A DNA stretch of 64,000 nt from Octopus vulgaris (lineage: Eukaryota): positions 28,334,001-28,398,000 of the forward strand of contig OX597837.1 of NCBI GenBank assembly GCA_951406725.2, in the 5' to 3' direction. Of this stretch, positions 24,448-37,620 are shown piece after piece. The notes under the pieces are model-generated. The model ran no database searches. It saw nothing but the letters and a program-made list of their open reading frames with translations, and was not told where the DNA came from. Positions within the stretch are counted from its first letter, which is position 1, and every line of letters starts with the position of its first letter. The position numbers were made by a program, and so were the translations under genes.

Positions 24448-25053
24448 GCCACCCGGGTCGACTTTGCCTTTCACCCTTTCGGGATCGATAAGTAAGTACC
24501 AGATGAACACTGGGATCGATGTAATCGACTTGTTCCCTCCCCTCAAATTACTAGCCTTGTATATGTATCCGGCTCTTATAAAGTTCCCAAATTTATTCGA
24601 TGTTTCCGGACTACCTCAACCCCATCTCCTGTATGAGTGTGGCTCCTGGCTTTTGTATTGCTTGCTTTCACTTTCTGTGGTTTATATTTATACAAACATT
24701 CCCGACAGAATTTGTAAGAGTCCAACATCTTTCGACTCGCATTTGAGTTACGTATGTCTGTTGCATGTCAATTATGTAACTGTGTATTGCGACATTAGTA
24801 TGGATCCCATGACCATTCTGTTTCCGTGGGAAATTTCTATAAAGTTTCAATGTATTTCTGTTGACATTTTCAGTCTAGCTTTGTATGTGGTGTGTTGTAA
24901 TTACTGCTTCTTTTAAATACATGGCGAGACTATGAGCGTGTTGTATATGTCTGGCCAGTGTAACAGTTGGAATCGAGAATAACCAAACGAATTTATAAAT
25001 TTGACTGAAAAAGTAGGAATTGCAAATTTCACGGTTAGATGCGTGTGTGTGTA

Positions 25054-25092
<39 letters not shown>

Positions 25093-25656
25093 AAGAAAGA
25101 GAGAGATACTAAATTTATAAACAACATTATTCTATCCAATAACATGACCATCACAGCTAACACACTTATTGTTATTTTCTTCACTAACTTCATCATCGTA
25201 ATCATCGTCATCACCGACATATAATTAGTTTCTTCATCACCATCAGCATCTCCTCCACTGTCATCACTGCTATTGCAACCCCTTTACCTTTTTTCCCAGG
25301 TGTCAAAAATTAAAACTAAAACCACCGCCAATTCTACCTCTTCTTGACTCTGATTCATCTGAAAACCCATGCAGGCTATGTAGGCTTCTCCTCTCTCATA
25401 CTCAAACGTTTCACCGCTCCCATTTCAGAGAGTGGAGCCTCCGTATGGACACGTATATGTAGAGTGGGTCAACACTCTCCGATCCATACCAAAATATCAG
25501 CAACATACCCTTCCAGTTGCTTTTGCAACATACCCTTCCAGTTGCTTTTGCAACATGTCTCCTTCCTCTCTCACTCTTTTAAACATGTTTGTTTCTTCTA
25601 TCGCTCACTGAATTTCAATCATCAAACACTCTTCAATCAAATATCTTCTGGATCTG

Positions 25657-26068
25657 AGGAGCAGGAGTGGCTGTGTGGTGTGTAGCTTGCTTACCAACCA
25701 CATGGTTCCGGGTTCAGTCCCACTGCGTGACACCTTGGGGAAGTGTCTTCTACTATAACTTCGGGCCAACCAAAGCCTTGTGAGTGGATTTGGTAGACGG
25801 AAACTGAAAGAAGCCCGTCGTATATATGTATATATACATGTATATATATGTATGTGTTTGTGTTTGTCCCACCAACATCGCTTGACAACCGATGCTGGTG
25901 TGTTTACGTCCCCGTCACTTAGCGGTTCGGCAAAAAAGAGATCCGATAGAATAAGTACTAGGCTTACAAAGAATAAGGCCTGGGGTCGATTTGCTCGACT
26001 AAAGGCGGTGCTCCAGCATGGCCACAGTCAAATGAGTGAAACAAGTAAAAGAGTAAAAGAGAGAGAGT
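25657..26068 (+). mobile_element. SINE family B (tRNA head, CORE-like CCTTGGG(C/G)AAGTGTCTT, internal microsatellite, GAGTAAAA tail)
   Basis: Homologous to 34936-35378, 44430-44880, 49912-50357, 50548-50960 and 63590-64000. Confidence 0.9.
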
Positions 26069-26344
26069 ATTCATCTCACTTTACTCCCCTCCGAAGTCAC
26101 TGTCTTCGGTGACTTCAAGAGTCACAACTCTTGCTCTTTCTCACTACTTCCATCCTTTCCCGCTCTCGTTACTTTCCCCCCTGTGTCGCCAGAGTACAGA
26201 AACTGAAGCTTTCTCGCTCCTCAACTCTCTACATTTAATTCCATCCCCTTTTCGCATCCCCCACCAACACACAATCACTTCCTCCCTTTGATCTCTGTCT
26301 CACATCCAAATACATCTTCTGCCAGGCGATAATTGTCTCTGCAT

Positions 26345-26628
26345 AAGGCGGCGGGCTGGCAGAACCGTTAGCACGCCGGACGAAATGCCGGACGAAGGCG
26401 GCGATTTGGCAGAATCGTTAGCACGCCGGACAAAATGCTTAGCGGTATTTCGTCTGTAGTTACGTTCTGAGTTCAAAATCCGCCGAGGTCGACTTTGCCT
26501 TTCATCCTTTCGGGGTCGATAAATTAAGTACCGGTTACGCACTGGGGTCGATGTAATCGACTTAATCTCTTTGTCTGTCCTTGTTTGTCCCCTCTGTGTT
26601 TAGCCCCCTTGTGGGCAATAAAGAAACA
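26345..26628 (+). mobile_element. SINE family C with a duplicated head
   Basis: 17-bp TSD GATAATTGTCTCTGCAT (26328-26344 / 26629-26645). Confidence 0.9.
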
Positions 26629-28081
26629 GATAATTGTCTCTGCATCTGTCAGGTCACCCGACCTCTATCTTATTACAACTACCTTTCTTCGACTTCTTAA
26701 ACATTCCCCAAATCTCAGGCTCTGTCAGCTGATTGATAGCTCTTTCACCAATTCTATCTTTGGCATTAGTATGCTTCACCACTGGCACATGAGGAATAGC
26801 TAGGCGTGTGATTGAAACGTCCTCTTAAGCAGGTTTCTTCACATCCCCCACACAGCTAAAACTGATATTATTATATGGTTCACTCGTAACCTCAGTGGTC
26901 CAGGCAGAACTCCGGACCTACAGTTCCTGGAGAAAATCATAAACCTCTACAAACTGGAAGGCTCTTACTCGGCACCAGAATTCCTGCAACATCGTTATCT
27001 AAACTACGAAAGATGCCCCTACATATCACACAGCCTGCAAAAACTCTTGCCTCCTAAGCTGCAGACAATCATTTTGGTCGTTTATCCAAGAAACTTTACC
27101 AAATTGGTGGTATCTTCCTTGTCGCTAATTTTCAACCATGAAGTTTCTAAGTGCAGCACGCCCTCGCAGAAAGCTTCTTCGCATCTAGCCCCACACTATA
27201 TACACAAAGTAAAGTTCCACCCATTCACTCCTTTTCCACTTCGCGTGGCTTACCACTACACATATATATACGCCGAGCACCTCTTGTGGTTTCAAACCGG
27301 CAAGGAAACCAGTCCTGAAAAATGAACCTTCCATTACCCTAAAAATAAAATTGCTTCAGAGTTTAATACTATTCTCACCAAATTTTTAAATTTTCCCTCT
27401 CCCCCTCCCCTAAACACATCTAAATTCTACCTACCACTCTATCCAACTCACTTCCAACACGTTAAAGGTGATAAAGACAGTCATTAACAACCTTTCCCAG
27501 TCCCTTCAAGCCCCTTGTGGGCAATAAATAAATAAGAAACATTAGCGCTCCAGGGGAAATGCTTAGCTGTATTTCACCTGTCCTTACATTCTGAGCTCAA
27601 ATTCCACCGAGGTCGACTTTGTCTTTCGAGGTCGATAAATTAAGTACCAGTTGTGTACTATGGTCGATCTAATCGACCAGATCACTTCAACTGCAACCAA
27701 TGGAAGCCCGGTCGACTCACTGCTAGAAAACTCTTCAGAAATATCCTACGGACTCCGAAACTTACATATGCCTTGTTACTCCCCTCCATACTCTCTCATA
27801 ATTATCTTTACTATCAGAATCAAGGTAATCGACATGGTCACTATTTTCAGAATTTCAACTCCTTTGCAATGGTTTCAAATTTTGGCACACGGTCAGTACA
27901 TCGACTCCTGTGTTTCAAATGGTCCTTTATTTTACAGAACCCGAAAGGATGGAAAAGTAAATTCGACCTCGGCGAAATTTGAACTCAGAACATAAACGTG
28001 TCGAAATGTGTGTGTGAGTGTGTGTATGTATGTGAGTGTGTGAGTGAGAGAGAGAGAATGAAAAAGTGTGAGAGAATGAAA

Positions 28082-28134
<53 letters not shown>

Positions 28135-28433
28135 CGTGTATGCTCTGTGTAACGGAACAAAGAATCATGTGACCAAGAAGAGGAGAAAGTAGTACTCAAC
28201 ACGTACTTGAAATTTTTATTGTATTTGTTGTAATCCGATAATTTCATTCACCCTTACTCTGAGTTTCACGCTTTCAACTTTCCAACAGCACGCCGGAGAT
28301 TTGAAACTTGGAGTAACTAACTGTTAGTTAATATTTTTGATTTTGTGTGTGTTTGTGTGGAGGTGTTTTATTTGGAACACATGAATCAGGAGTGCTCAAT
28401 ACATGCTTTAGAATATATGACAATTTTTATAGG

Positions 28434-28536
28434 GAGTTTGTCTCATAACTCGAGCTTTACACAGCTGCGATCTTCAGGCATAACAGTCACGCCTGAAGAT
28501 CACCGTGGCGTGAAACTCAAGTCGCGAGATAAACTC
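28434..28536. repeat. Imperfect palindrome formed by two back-to-back hammerhead-like motifs
   Basis: Plus strand ACGC-CTGAAGA-TCAC..GT-GAAA-CTCAAG-TC-GCGAGA; minus strand ATGC-CTGAAGA-TCGC..GT-AAAG-CTCGAG-TT-ATGAGA. Confidence 0.7.
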
Positions 28537-28608
28537 TGTTTCAGTTTCACTATAGATAGATAGATAGGCAGGTAGGTAGGTAAGTAGGTAGGTAGGTAGG
28601 TAGGTAGG

Positions 28609-28675
<67 letters not shown>

Positions 28676-28705
28676 GGGGAGATAGGTAGGTAGGTAGGTA
28701 GGTAG

Positions 28706-28756
<51 letters not shown>

Positions 28757-28772
28757 GAATAGATTGCCTTAC

Positions 28773-28921
28773 CTTCTGATTATTAATGGGATCTGTCCCC
28801 CTGCAAACTGAAAGACGTCCTGGGCCTGTTTGTGTGTTAATCCACCGGCGTCTTTGCCGTTCAAACTTAGAAGTATGTCACCACGTTGAAGATACCCAGC
28901 AGCCGGAGTGTTCGGAAAAAC
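28773..28921 (-). CDS. Coding exon, C-terminal half of a PDZ domain (Zasp66/ALP-Enigma-like protein)
   Basis: Acceptor TTCTGCAG|G and donor AG|GTAAG; 149 nt, phase 0 in and 2 out. Encodes [49 protein letters not shown], with the PDZ pattern P-A..L..GD.I..NG......H..A. The RGD...DA..L.H..AQ..F..AG..I.L pattern recalls Zasp66. Confidence 0.92.
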
Positions 28922-29346
28922 CTGCAGAAGATAACGAAGTTCTTCATTAATGAACATGTTTTCATTGGTTTCAGTATCAAAGCAAATTAGAAGAAAAACC
29001 ATACACCTCCCCCCCCCCTTCCTCAAAGGAAGGAGAGTGAAAAGAGGAGAGTGAGAAGAAAAAGAGAGAAAACAAAGAAGGCGTAGGTGAGGTGTATGTG
29101 ATTGTCTTGTTTCAGTCATTGGGCTGCGCCCCTGCTCGGGAACAACCTCGAAGGGCTTCATCGAACAAATCGCCCCAGTCTTTATCTTTAAGTCTGATAT
29201 TTATTTTATCGATTACTTTTGCCGAACCACTAAGCTTGGGAGACGTAAACAATTCAAACCAGTTGTCAAACGATGCTGAGGAACAAACGCAAAGGCACAC
29301 TCACATACATGCTCGCACACATACATGCTCGCACACACATACACAC

Positions 29347-29408
<62 letters not shown>

Positions 29409-29489
29409 ATGTACATATAACTACAGCAATGTAACTATACATGTGCCGTGGGCGATTTCTTTTCCATCTTTGAACTTTTCTCTTTCTCC

Positions 29490-29522
29490 TTTCTGACGAA
29501 GAGTCATGCTCGAAACGTCAAA
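29490..29522 (+). ncRNA. Minimal hammerhead-like motif (PLE type)
   Basis: TTT-CTGACGA-A-GAG(TCATG)CTC-GAAA-CG-TC-AAA. Confidence 0.55.
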
Positions 29523-29647
29523 CTGTCTCCTTTCACCGCGCATCAAGCTAATAATTTGTTGTGCACGGCCTCACGTTCGATTTTTTTCTTTTTTCGTATT
29601 TCTATTCATTTATTTGAATTGACATATATATATATATATATATATAT

Positions 29648-29819
29648 CGCCATGATAGATCGTTAGCCACTACACACATTTTTTCTCTCCTTGATTCTCT
29701 CCTTGTTTTTTTCTGTGTCCCTTTCTGTGGAAGAGCGTAGGCTCGAAACGTAAAAGACTTTTTCTATTCCTGAGCGTTATACTAATACATCTTCGTCTTT
29801 TATTTTTTTCGTAAACTCT

Positions 29820-29822
<3 letters not shown>
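29648..29822 (+). mobile_element. Short (about 180 bp) TA-flanked element with a variant hammerhead-like fold
   Basis: Homologous to 33830-34028 (-) and 41777-41963 (-); embedded in (TA)n. Confidence 0.75.
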
Positions 29823-29859
<37 letters not shown>

Positions 29860-30099
29860 TGAGTCTAGTTTGTAACTCATCCTGCACCTCTTGTTTTAAC
29901 TGTCTTCGCACCTCACTTTTATTCTCTCTCTGTCTCCTTCCCTTTATACAGTGTAAAGCGTGACTGGAGAAATCTAGAGTTGGTCCTTAGCCTCGGTTAT
30001 CTGGCGGGAAGTATTAGACGGGGCATAATTATCAGCTTGGCTAAAACGACAGCCTCTATCGCAGGGAACCATCTCCAATCCGTTTAGTTATTTCTATCC

Positions 30100-30119
30100 T
30101 GCCACCTAGCGGCAGCAGA
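30100..30119 (-). promoter_or_regulatory. CTCF-like motif
   Basis: Minus strand TCTGCTGCCGCTAGGTGGCA(G) fits the CTCF core CCRSYAGRKGGCR. Confidence 0.45.
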
Positions 30120-30903
30120 CTAAATACAGGACTTGCCCCAAACTTGCAAAGTGCACAAACTGACCGAAAGCCAATGAAACGTATAGAACTGGTACGATTT
30201 GAACCTTCAGACTTGGTGGGAGAATTCGATGACAATTTACCTGGAACTAAACACCTGCTGCATAAGAATTGGTCAACTGCATAGTTGTAAAGAATTATTG
30301 GACATTGGAAGTCAGGTCGCGATAACTTGTGGCACTTAGTTACACCTCCCCTCCACACATACACACACCTCTTACGTTTTAAGTTCAAATGTTATATGCA
30401 ATGACCTTGCGTTTCACCAGACAATTTGGGATCGATCGATAAATCCCAGTTAAGTACTGAGGATTAATTTCAGTAACTGTACTCCTTCACCGAAATTTCT
30501 GGTCTTGTTTTCGTTTTTGGTGCAGTGTCGCAGCTAAAGTGTTTGCTCCTCGGGGTAGCTCTTGAGTTTGCAGTCCCTTATACAGGCATATACAGCAGCC
30601 CCTAAAGTGCAGCCTCTATAAAAGTACCGCCCCGGGGTAGATCGCCCCCATCGCCCCTAAACCTTAGCTATACAACAGTCTCTCGGTGCAAAGTTAGGAA
30701 TCTTTATTAAGACTCAAAACATGATAGTTGGTGAAGGACATAGCAAAAACGCTCAACAACAACACATTCTTAGCAGGAGATGCTATTTCAATGTTATTTC
30801 TGCTTAGGATGAAGAGAATGGTGATGCTGATAATGAAACGTGTGCAGCAGAAAAAGTTGCTGTTCATAAATAACAGGAATCTGGAATTAAGTCATTAATT
30901 TAT

Positions 30904-30923
30904 TCTGCTGTCGCTAGGTGGCA
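30904..30923 (+). promoter_or_regulatory. CTCF-like motif
   Basis: TCTGCTGTCGCTAGGTGGCA, 19/20 identical to the motif at 30100 and in the opposite orientation. Confidence 0.4.
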
Positions 30924-31149
30924 AGGTTAGTAATAAGCAATTTGTTGTATTATAAATATCTCTCTCTTGTCTCTATCTCAATCTCAAGCATTTTGTTTTG
31001 CTAAAGACGCAGTCAGTGACATGGAAAAGGTGAGACGAGGAAAAGAAGAGAAAGGAAAGGAAAGGAAAGGATGGAAGGATGAAACTTAGAGAGAGAAACG
31101 AAAATAAAGAAACAGGCAGACATGGAGAAGGTATGCAACAGAGAGACAG

Positions 31150-31185
<36 letters not shown>

Positions 31186-31231
31186 TTGTCTATCTCTGTT
31201 GCATACTTTCTCTGTGAACGTTTTCATTTGT

Positions 31232-31274
<43 letters not shown>

Positions 31275-31280
31275 ATATAC

Positions 31281-31316
<36 letters not shown>

Positions 31317-31347
31317 GTGTGTATATATATATATGTATATACGTGTG

Positions 31348-31381
<34 letters not shown>

Positions 31382-31551
31382 CGTGTATATATATATATAC
31401 ACGTATATATATATATACACATATATATAACGTATATATATACATATATATATACGTATATACATATATATATATATATACGTATATACATATATATTTA
31501 TGAGTATATATATATATATATATATATACGTATATACATATATATTTATGA

Positions 31552-31599
<48 letters not shown>

Positions 31600-31645
31600 G
31601 TATATATCTATCAGAGAGAGGGATAGATAGATAAGACAGACAGAC

Positions 31646-31745
<100 letters not shown>

Positions 31746-32280
31746 GGATAGATTATATATTTTTACAATGGATAATATTTAGCATATATCTTCTTCTTTA
31801 GAATGTTTTTTTTTTTTTTTTCATGCACGTTCATCAACACACCAGCCACCCAATCAGTCAAAGAGCCGAGGTAAGCAGCTTGGAAGAGGCAGAGGTATTG
31901 TAGGCTGTGTTTATCCTAGATCGACTACTGGGCCTCTGCCAGGTGAAACAGAATATCGCTAGAGCCGCTAGATCTTGTTCAAAGGACTTATTGGGACAAG
32001 GAATGCTGACGGTAAGCTAAGAGAGCTCTTTAAAGAGTAGAGGTAACGTTAGTCGGCGGTATCATTACATCTGCACGCGCTCAGGTACTGGCACGCACAC
32101 ACACACACGCACATAAATACACACGCACACACACACACACATACACGCACAGCGAGGCACACAGCGAGGCACACACACAGGCACACATGTTTGCGCTCAC
32201 ATTCTGAAACACACACAGGTATATCTACAAAAGCAGATATAGTGCGCTCCACAAAGATATAGATGTGAGTGTAGCTGCGC

Positions 32281-32395
<115 letters not shown>

Positions 32396-32432
32396 CATCC
32401 ATCCATCCATCCATCCATCCATCCATCCATCC

Positions 32433-32506
<74 letters not shown>

Positions 32507-33022
32507 GGGGGCTTTTCTTTGTTTTTTAGTGGTATTTGCTGTTTCGTTGTATTTTCACATTTTTCATTATAAAGGTATGACATCATATAATGTTATAATG
32601 TTACGAGGCGGCAGGTTATAACTTAATGTAATGTGATGTGACGTAATGAGATGCCGTGACGTAATGTGATATGTGACGCAATGCGATGTCGTGGCGTGAT
32701 TTTAATGTGCTAATACTTCGTACAATGTGTTGGTTTTAATAGTATGTGAGAAAACCGAGACGTAATATGGTGTGGTTGGTGTTTGATGCGATATGATGTA
32801 CTGCAATAACGTACAATGTCACCAAAATGTAAAGTAACGCGGTGCAATAGTTGCGCGACCTGACACGATACGGTATAATGTGATGATATGATGTGTGAGC
32901 TCATATGACGAATCGGCGTGTGATATGGCAAGATATTATGCATGCTTTAATGTGATAAGACGTTGAGTGATTTTATGTTGTGGTATCTGATGTGACAAGT
33001 GTTATAAATATTAGTTTACGAT

Positions 33023-33244
33023 CAGTGGTTTTCAACAGGGGTCCATATAAGATTTTGTTGTTAAAATTAATTTCCAACAAACTGGTTATACTTATTCAAT
33101 ACGGAAAATATTTCAACAATTTCCTAATATCTAGCCATAAAAATATAATAGCGTCTTTTAAAAGCGTCGAATGGCTATGAGGGTCCACCCGAGTGAAAAA
33201 GAAATCGAAGGGGTCCACGGGCTGAAAATGGTTGAAAACTACTG
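33023..33244. mobile_element. hAT-like MITE
   Basis: TIRs CAGTGGTTTTCAAC / GTTGAAAACTACTG. Confidence 0.7.
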
Positions 33245-33829
33245 GTTTAAATAAAGATATATTTATTGAAGAAATAAGTTGACTGAAAATATGGGGAGAG
33301 AAAGGGCAGGTACGTCTTATCTCATTGTCTCTTCTTTTCATCCAATTCCTCTCTTTGTCGGTACCTACAGAGGGTCAGTAGCTAGAAGTTTATCTTATGA
33401 AGGACTGGTGTCCCGTTCAGGCAGAGTGTTTGTAATCTTCGTTGTTCAAATGCCTGCGAAACTGAGGTAAGCTCCGGCCAAAAGAGCTTGTAGACTCAAA
33501 ACATAGGAAAATGTCAGTGTCACTCATCTCTCGGTACACAGTCCCCATTGGTGGAAAAACTGTAGGCCAATGCATGTGATTACGTAAGTCATGTTCCTTC
33601 TTTTCATTGATAACTATATGTACATGTGTATACATATATATACACACTGACATTCTTACAAACAGATATACAGAACATGTTAGATATTTTTGTCTCTCAA
33701 TTCTGGATTACAAATCTTTTCAAGTTATTATTTCATAAAGTAAAATACGTCCAGATGGTGAGACACCTTTAGACGGTAACGACCAATAGTTCAGGCGTCA
33801 CAAATCACCTATTTCTTTCTTGATATATA

Positions 33830-34028
33830 TATAAAGGGAAATTTTTACGAAAATAAACAGAAGACGAAGGCAGGTGGAGTACAAACAAACAAAAGTATTA
33901 GTATAGCGCTCAGGAATAGAAAAAGTCTTTTACGTTTCGAGCCTACGCTCTTCGACAGAAAGATACACAAGGAGAGAAACAAGGAGAGATAAAAATGCGT
34001 GTAGGAGCTAACGATCTATCATGGCGCC
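33830..34028 (-). mobile_element. Short TA-flanked element with a variant hammerhead-like fold (copy 2)
   Basis: Minus strand TCTTT-CTGTCGA-A-GAGC(GTAG)GCTC-GAAA-CG-TA-AAAGA at 33926-33963. Confidence 0.75.
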
Positions 34029-34935
34029 CATATATATATATCATGGTACTGTTCTTATAGCTGTAAGCAGATCTCATAAAATCAAAGTGAGGTATATTCC
34101 ATTTAGTTTTAAAGAAATATTATAGGTACTATAGTGACGTACATTCATTTAAATGCAAACAGTTACCACATTGAAGTATTGTCCATCTAACCGTGAGTTG
34201 ATATCATCATGTGGTACTATTAATCTAGCCTCAAATATATACCCCCGGTTAGGTACATTCCATTTATCACAGAGAAATAGTGTCTGCCTCGTTATAGATT
34301 GATAACACGCAAAGGTACGTTTGATCTAGGTGTACGCTGATAATAAAATCACAGTGAAAAACTGTGTTATCTAGCTCTGAATTAATACCATAAGATATTG
34401 CCTTACAGTAGGATACATTACACTTGAGTGTGAGGAGATACCACTGTGAAAAAGCCAACTGGCTGTAAGTGGGAACTTCAATGCATTACAGTCAATTTAT
34501 GTATAAGGAGCTACCCTGGGGGTATATATCTCTCTCAGCACTGTGGGGAGAGAAGCACTATTGAAGTGATGAGTGTTTTGTTGATTTGCATGCCACATAT
34601 TACGGAATCCGGATGTGTACACCGGAAAGGGATTAGAAAATATATAGGGCGCTTTGTAGATAGCAAACCAGAATAGTAAACCAGAAACAAATGTACTAGG
34701 AAGGGTAGAAGTAGTTTCCTATGTCTAATAACTTCGGGTTTTTCGTTATGTTGCTCTGTTACTGAGAAAGCAACGGACAAGATAACGAAGACTTGAGATA
34801 AGATAAGCGAAGAGTTTATGGTTAAACGTCTTATATTGGTTCTGAAAAGTATTGTGTCGTGTTCTGAGCAAGTCACTACTGAAATTCTGCCCAAATTACA
34901 CACGAATATTTAGTAACACCAAAAAAAAAAAAAGA

Positions 34936-35102
34936 GGCGCAGGAGTGGGTGTGTGGTAAGTAGCTTGCTAACCAACAACATGGTTCCGGGTTCAGTCCCA
35001 CTGCGTGGCACCTTGGGCAAGTGTCTTCTGCTATAGCCCCGGGCCGACCAAAGCCTTGTGAGTGGATTTGGTAGACGGAAACTGAAAGCAGCCCGTCGTA
35101 TA

Positions 35103-35149
<47 letters not shown>

Positions 35150-35378
35150 TTATTTGTGTGTCTGTGTTTATCCCCCTAGCAACCGATGCTGGTGTGTTTA
35201 TGTCCCCCGTCACTTAGCGGTTCGGCCAAAGAGACCGATAGAATAAGTACTGGGCTTACAAAAAGAATAAGTCCCGGGAGTCGAGTTGCTCGATTAAAGG
35301 CGGTGCTCCAGCATGGCCGCAGTCAAATGACTGAAACATGTTAAAGAGTTAAAGAGTTAAAGAGTAAAGAGTAAAGAG
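34936..35378 (+). mobile_element. SINE family B, full length
   Basis: tRNA-like head GGCGCAGGAGTGG...GGTTCAGTCCC, internal (TA)n and a (GAGTTAAA/GAGTAAA)n tail. Confidence 0.9.
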
Positions 35379-35773
35379 AAGAAGAATTCAGTTATTCCGT
35401 GGTGTAGAACTAAATTCACTGGAAACGAATGAATAATTTTGGTGGGATTTACTACTCTTAGACTATATTTTTTGCTCACCTATGCAAACCATGGTATATG
35501 TATATTCCTACGTTTGAACCCTGCTAGGTTCGCTTTCCTCTTCATTCGAAAGCAATGATTAACAGATCGCAACGAGACTAATTATATCTGGTTAATGAAT
35601 TGCAATGCTTCACATTAAAAGACAAACAAACACGCGCCGCACGTGCACGCATGTTTTATAATGTGTGTGTTGAGAAAAAAACATTCCAGTCGTAACCGGC
35701 CGGTCTAAATGTCAGGCACAAAGGATATAAGACTATCTAATGTGGGTGTATAATGCTTGCGTATTTTATGTGA

Positions 35774-35774
<1 letters not shown>

Positions 35775-35824
<50 letters not shown>

Positions 35825-35856
35825 TATACACATATATATATATATTCACACACACA

Positions 35857-35896
<40 letters not shown>

Positions 35897-35899
35897 CAC

Positions 35900-35932
<33 letters not shown>

Positions 35933-36019
35933 TATATACATATATACACACATACATATATATATATATACATATATATATATACATATATATACATATA
36001 TATATATACATATATATAC

Positions 36020-36082
<63 letters not shown>

Positions 36083-36087
36083 CATAA

Positions 36088-36118
<31 letters not shown>

Positions 36119-36235
36119 CATAAATATATATATACATAAATATATATATACATAAATATATACATAAATAAATATATATATACATAAATATATATATACA
36201 TATATATATACATATATATATACATATACATATAT

Positions 36236-36282
<47 letters not shown>
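35775..36282. repeat. Compound (TA)n/(TACA) microsatellite
   Basis: Direct inspection; similar blocks at 31150-31610, 42497-43120 and 61490-63125. Confidence 0.95.
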
Positions 36283-36286
<4 letters not shown>

Positions 36287-37140
36287 CTGTGTGGGGGTGC
36301 CCGCACATATACAATGTCATGTTACCATTACATCGCCAGTGAAGAATATTGTCCTTAAAGAAATGACCTTAACGGAGAAGAAATGAAACTTTGTTTTACG
36401 TTATTCCGAAACCCTAACACACATACGTACGCACAGAGGCAGGTGGGGGAGATAGAGAGCGAGAGAGCGAAAGAGAGAAAGAAGGAGAGAGAGGGGGAGA
36501 GAGAGAATGGGAGGGACATAGCGTACGAGTGCTACAAGTGCTAATGCAGCCAGAGAATTCGAGAGTTTGAAAGGTAGTTGGGGTGGGTGGGTTAGTAGCC
36601 AAGGAAGAAGGGCTCTTCGCTATCCCTGCTGATTTGTGAATCCGCTAAAAATAAACCTACCTGTAATATGATAACCGACTAATCTAAAAATGGCACATAG
36701 GTGGTGGTTCACTTGAGGGTGTTAGGCTTTTTTTCTTTTTTTTTTTTTTTTTTTTTTGCTTTTCAGGTTAGCAAAACAACAACTACTACTTACTGCAACG
36801 ATGAAGTAGAGAACGTTTGAACTGAGCGAAGTTACGGCAACACCTTGCCTTAGCTCTTCTGGCTAATTTCAAACTTAAGACAGCTACCTGGTAACTTGTC
36901 TTTGAATAGAGAGAAGTAGAGCTCTGTTGTGATATGGTAATCTCAGATTTCGAAGTAAAGTTTTTGTTTTAATGAGTCAGGAGATGTACGACAGCCCAGA
37001 AATATCACAATCTTGAGAGCAGATTCAGAGAGAGAAAAAAAAATATGCTGAATATGACATCTGTTTTACTGATATATATATATATATATATATACGCTTG
37101 TATGTATTGCATGCATTACAGAAGTACATTGTCAACATAC

Positions 37141-37172
<32 letters not shown>

Positions 37173-37296
37173 CATACATACATACATACATACATACATA
37201 CATACATACATACATACCGGTGTTTAGTATTACATAAATAGCTTACATAAATACATTATAAGCATATTTTACATGCATATGTCATTGTATGCCTGA

Positions 37297-37346
<50 letters not shown>

Positions 37347-37354
<8 letters not shown>

Positions 37355-37620
37355 AAATCCGTTCTATTTGTCTCTGTGTGTGTGTCTTCTAGGATCTCGG
37401 GCATCCTGCATCCGATTGCGCTCAAATTTGATATGTAGATACCGACGGTATCAGGGCGTGTATAAATCTTGAAAAAATTACAAAAATCGATTCCGAGTGA
37501 GAATGCGATCGATAAAGCCATGGGAACGTGCATATGTACGCGCAAGTACATCAGCTGTTGCGATGTACTTACTGGTACTTTAAACTCTTCGGTTGCATAT
37601 TTGTGTGAATAAAATCGTTC
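37347..37620 (+). mobile_element. Possible non-autonomous Helitron-like 5' segment
   Basis: TATATAAAA start, short (TG/TC) microsatellite, then ATCTC..CCGATTGCGCTCAAATTTG, as in invertebrate non-autonomous Helitrons; no 3' hairpin-CTAG was identified. Confidence 0.35.

Noticed and set aside
36645-36654. MEF2-like site CTAAAAATAA
   Set aside because: Expected by chance in AT-rich DNA; no supporting evidence on its own.
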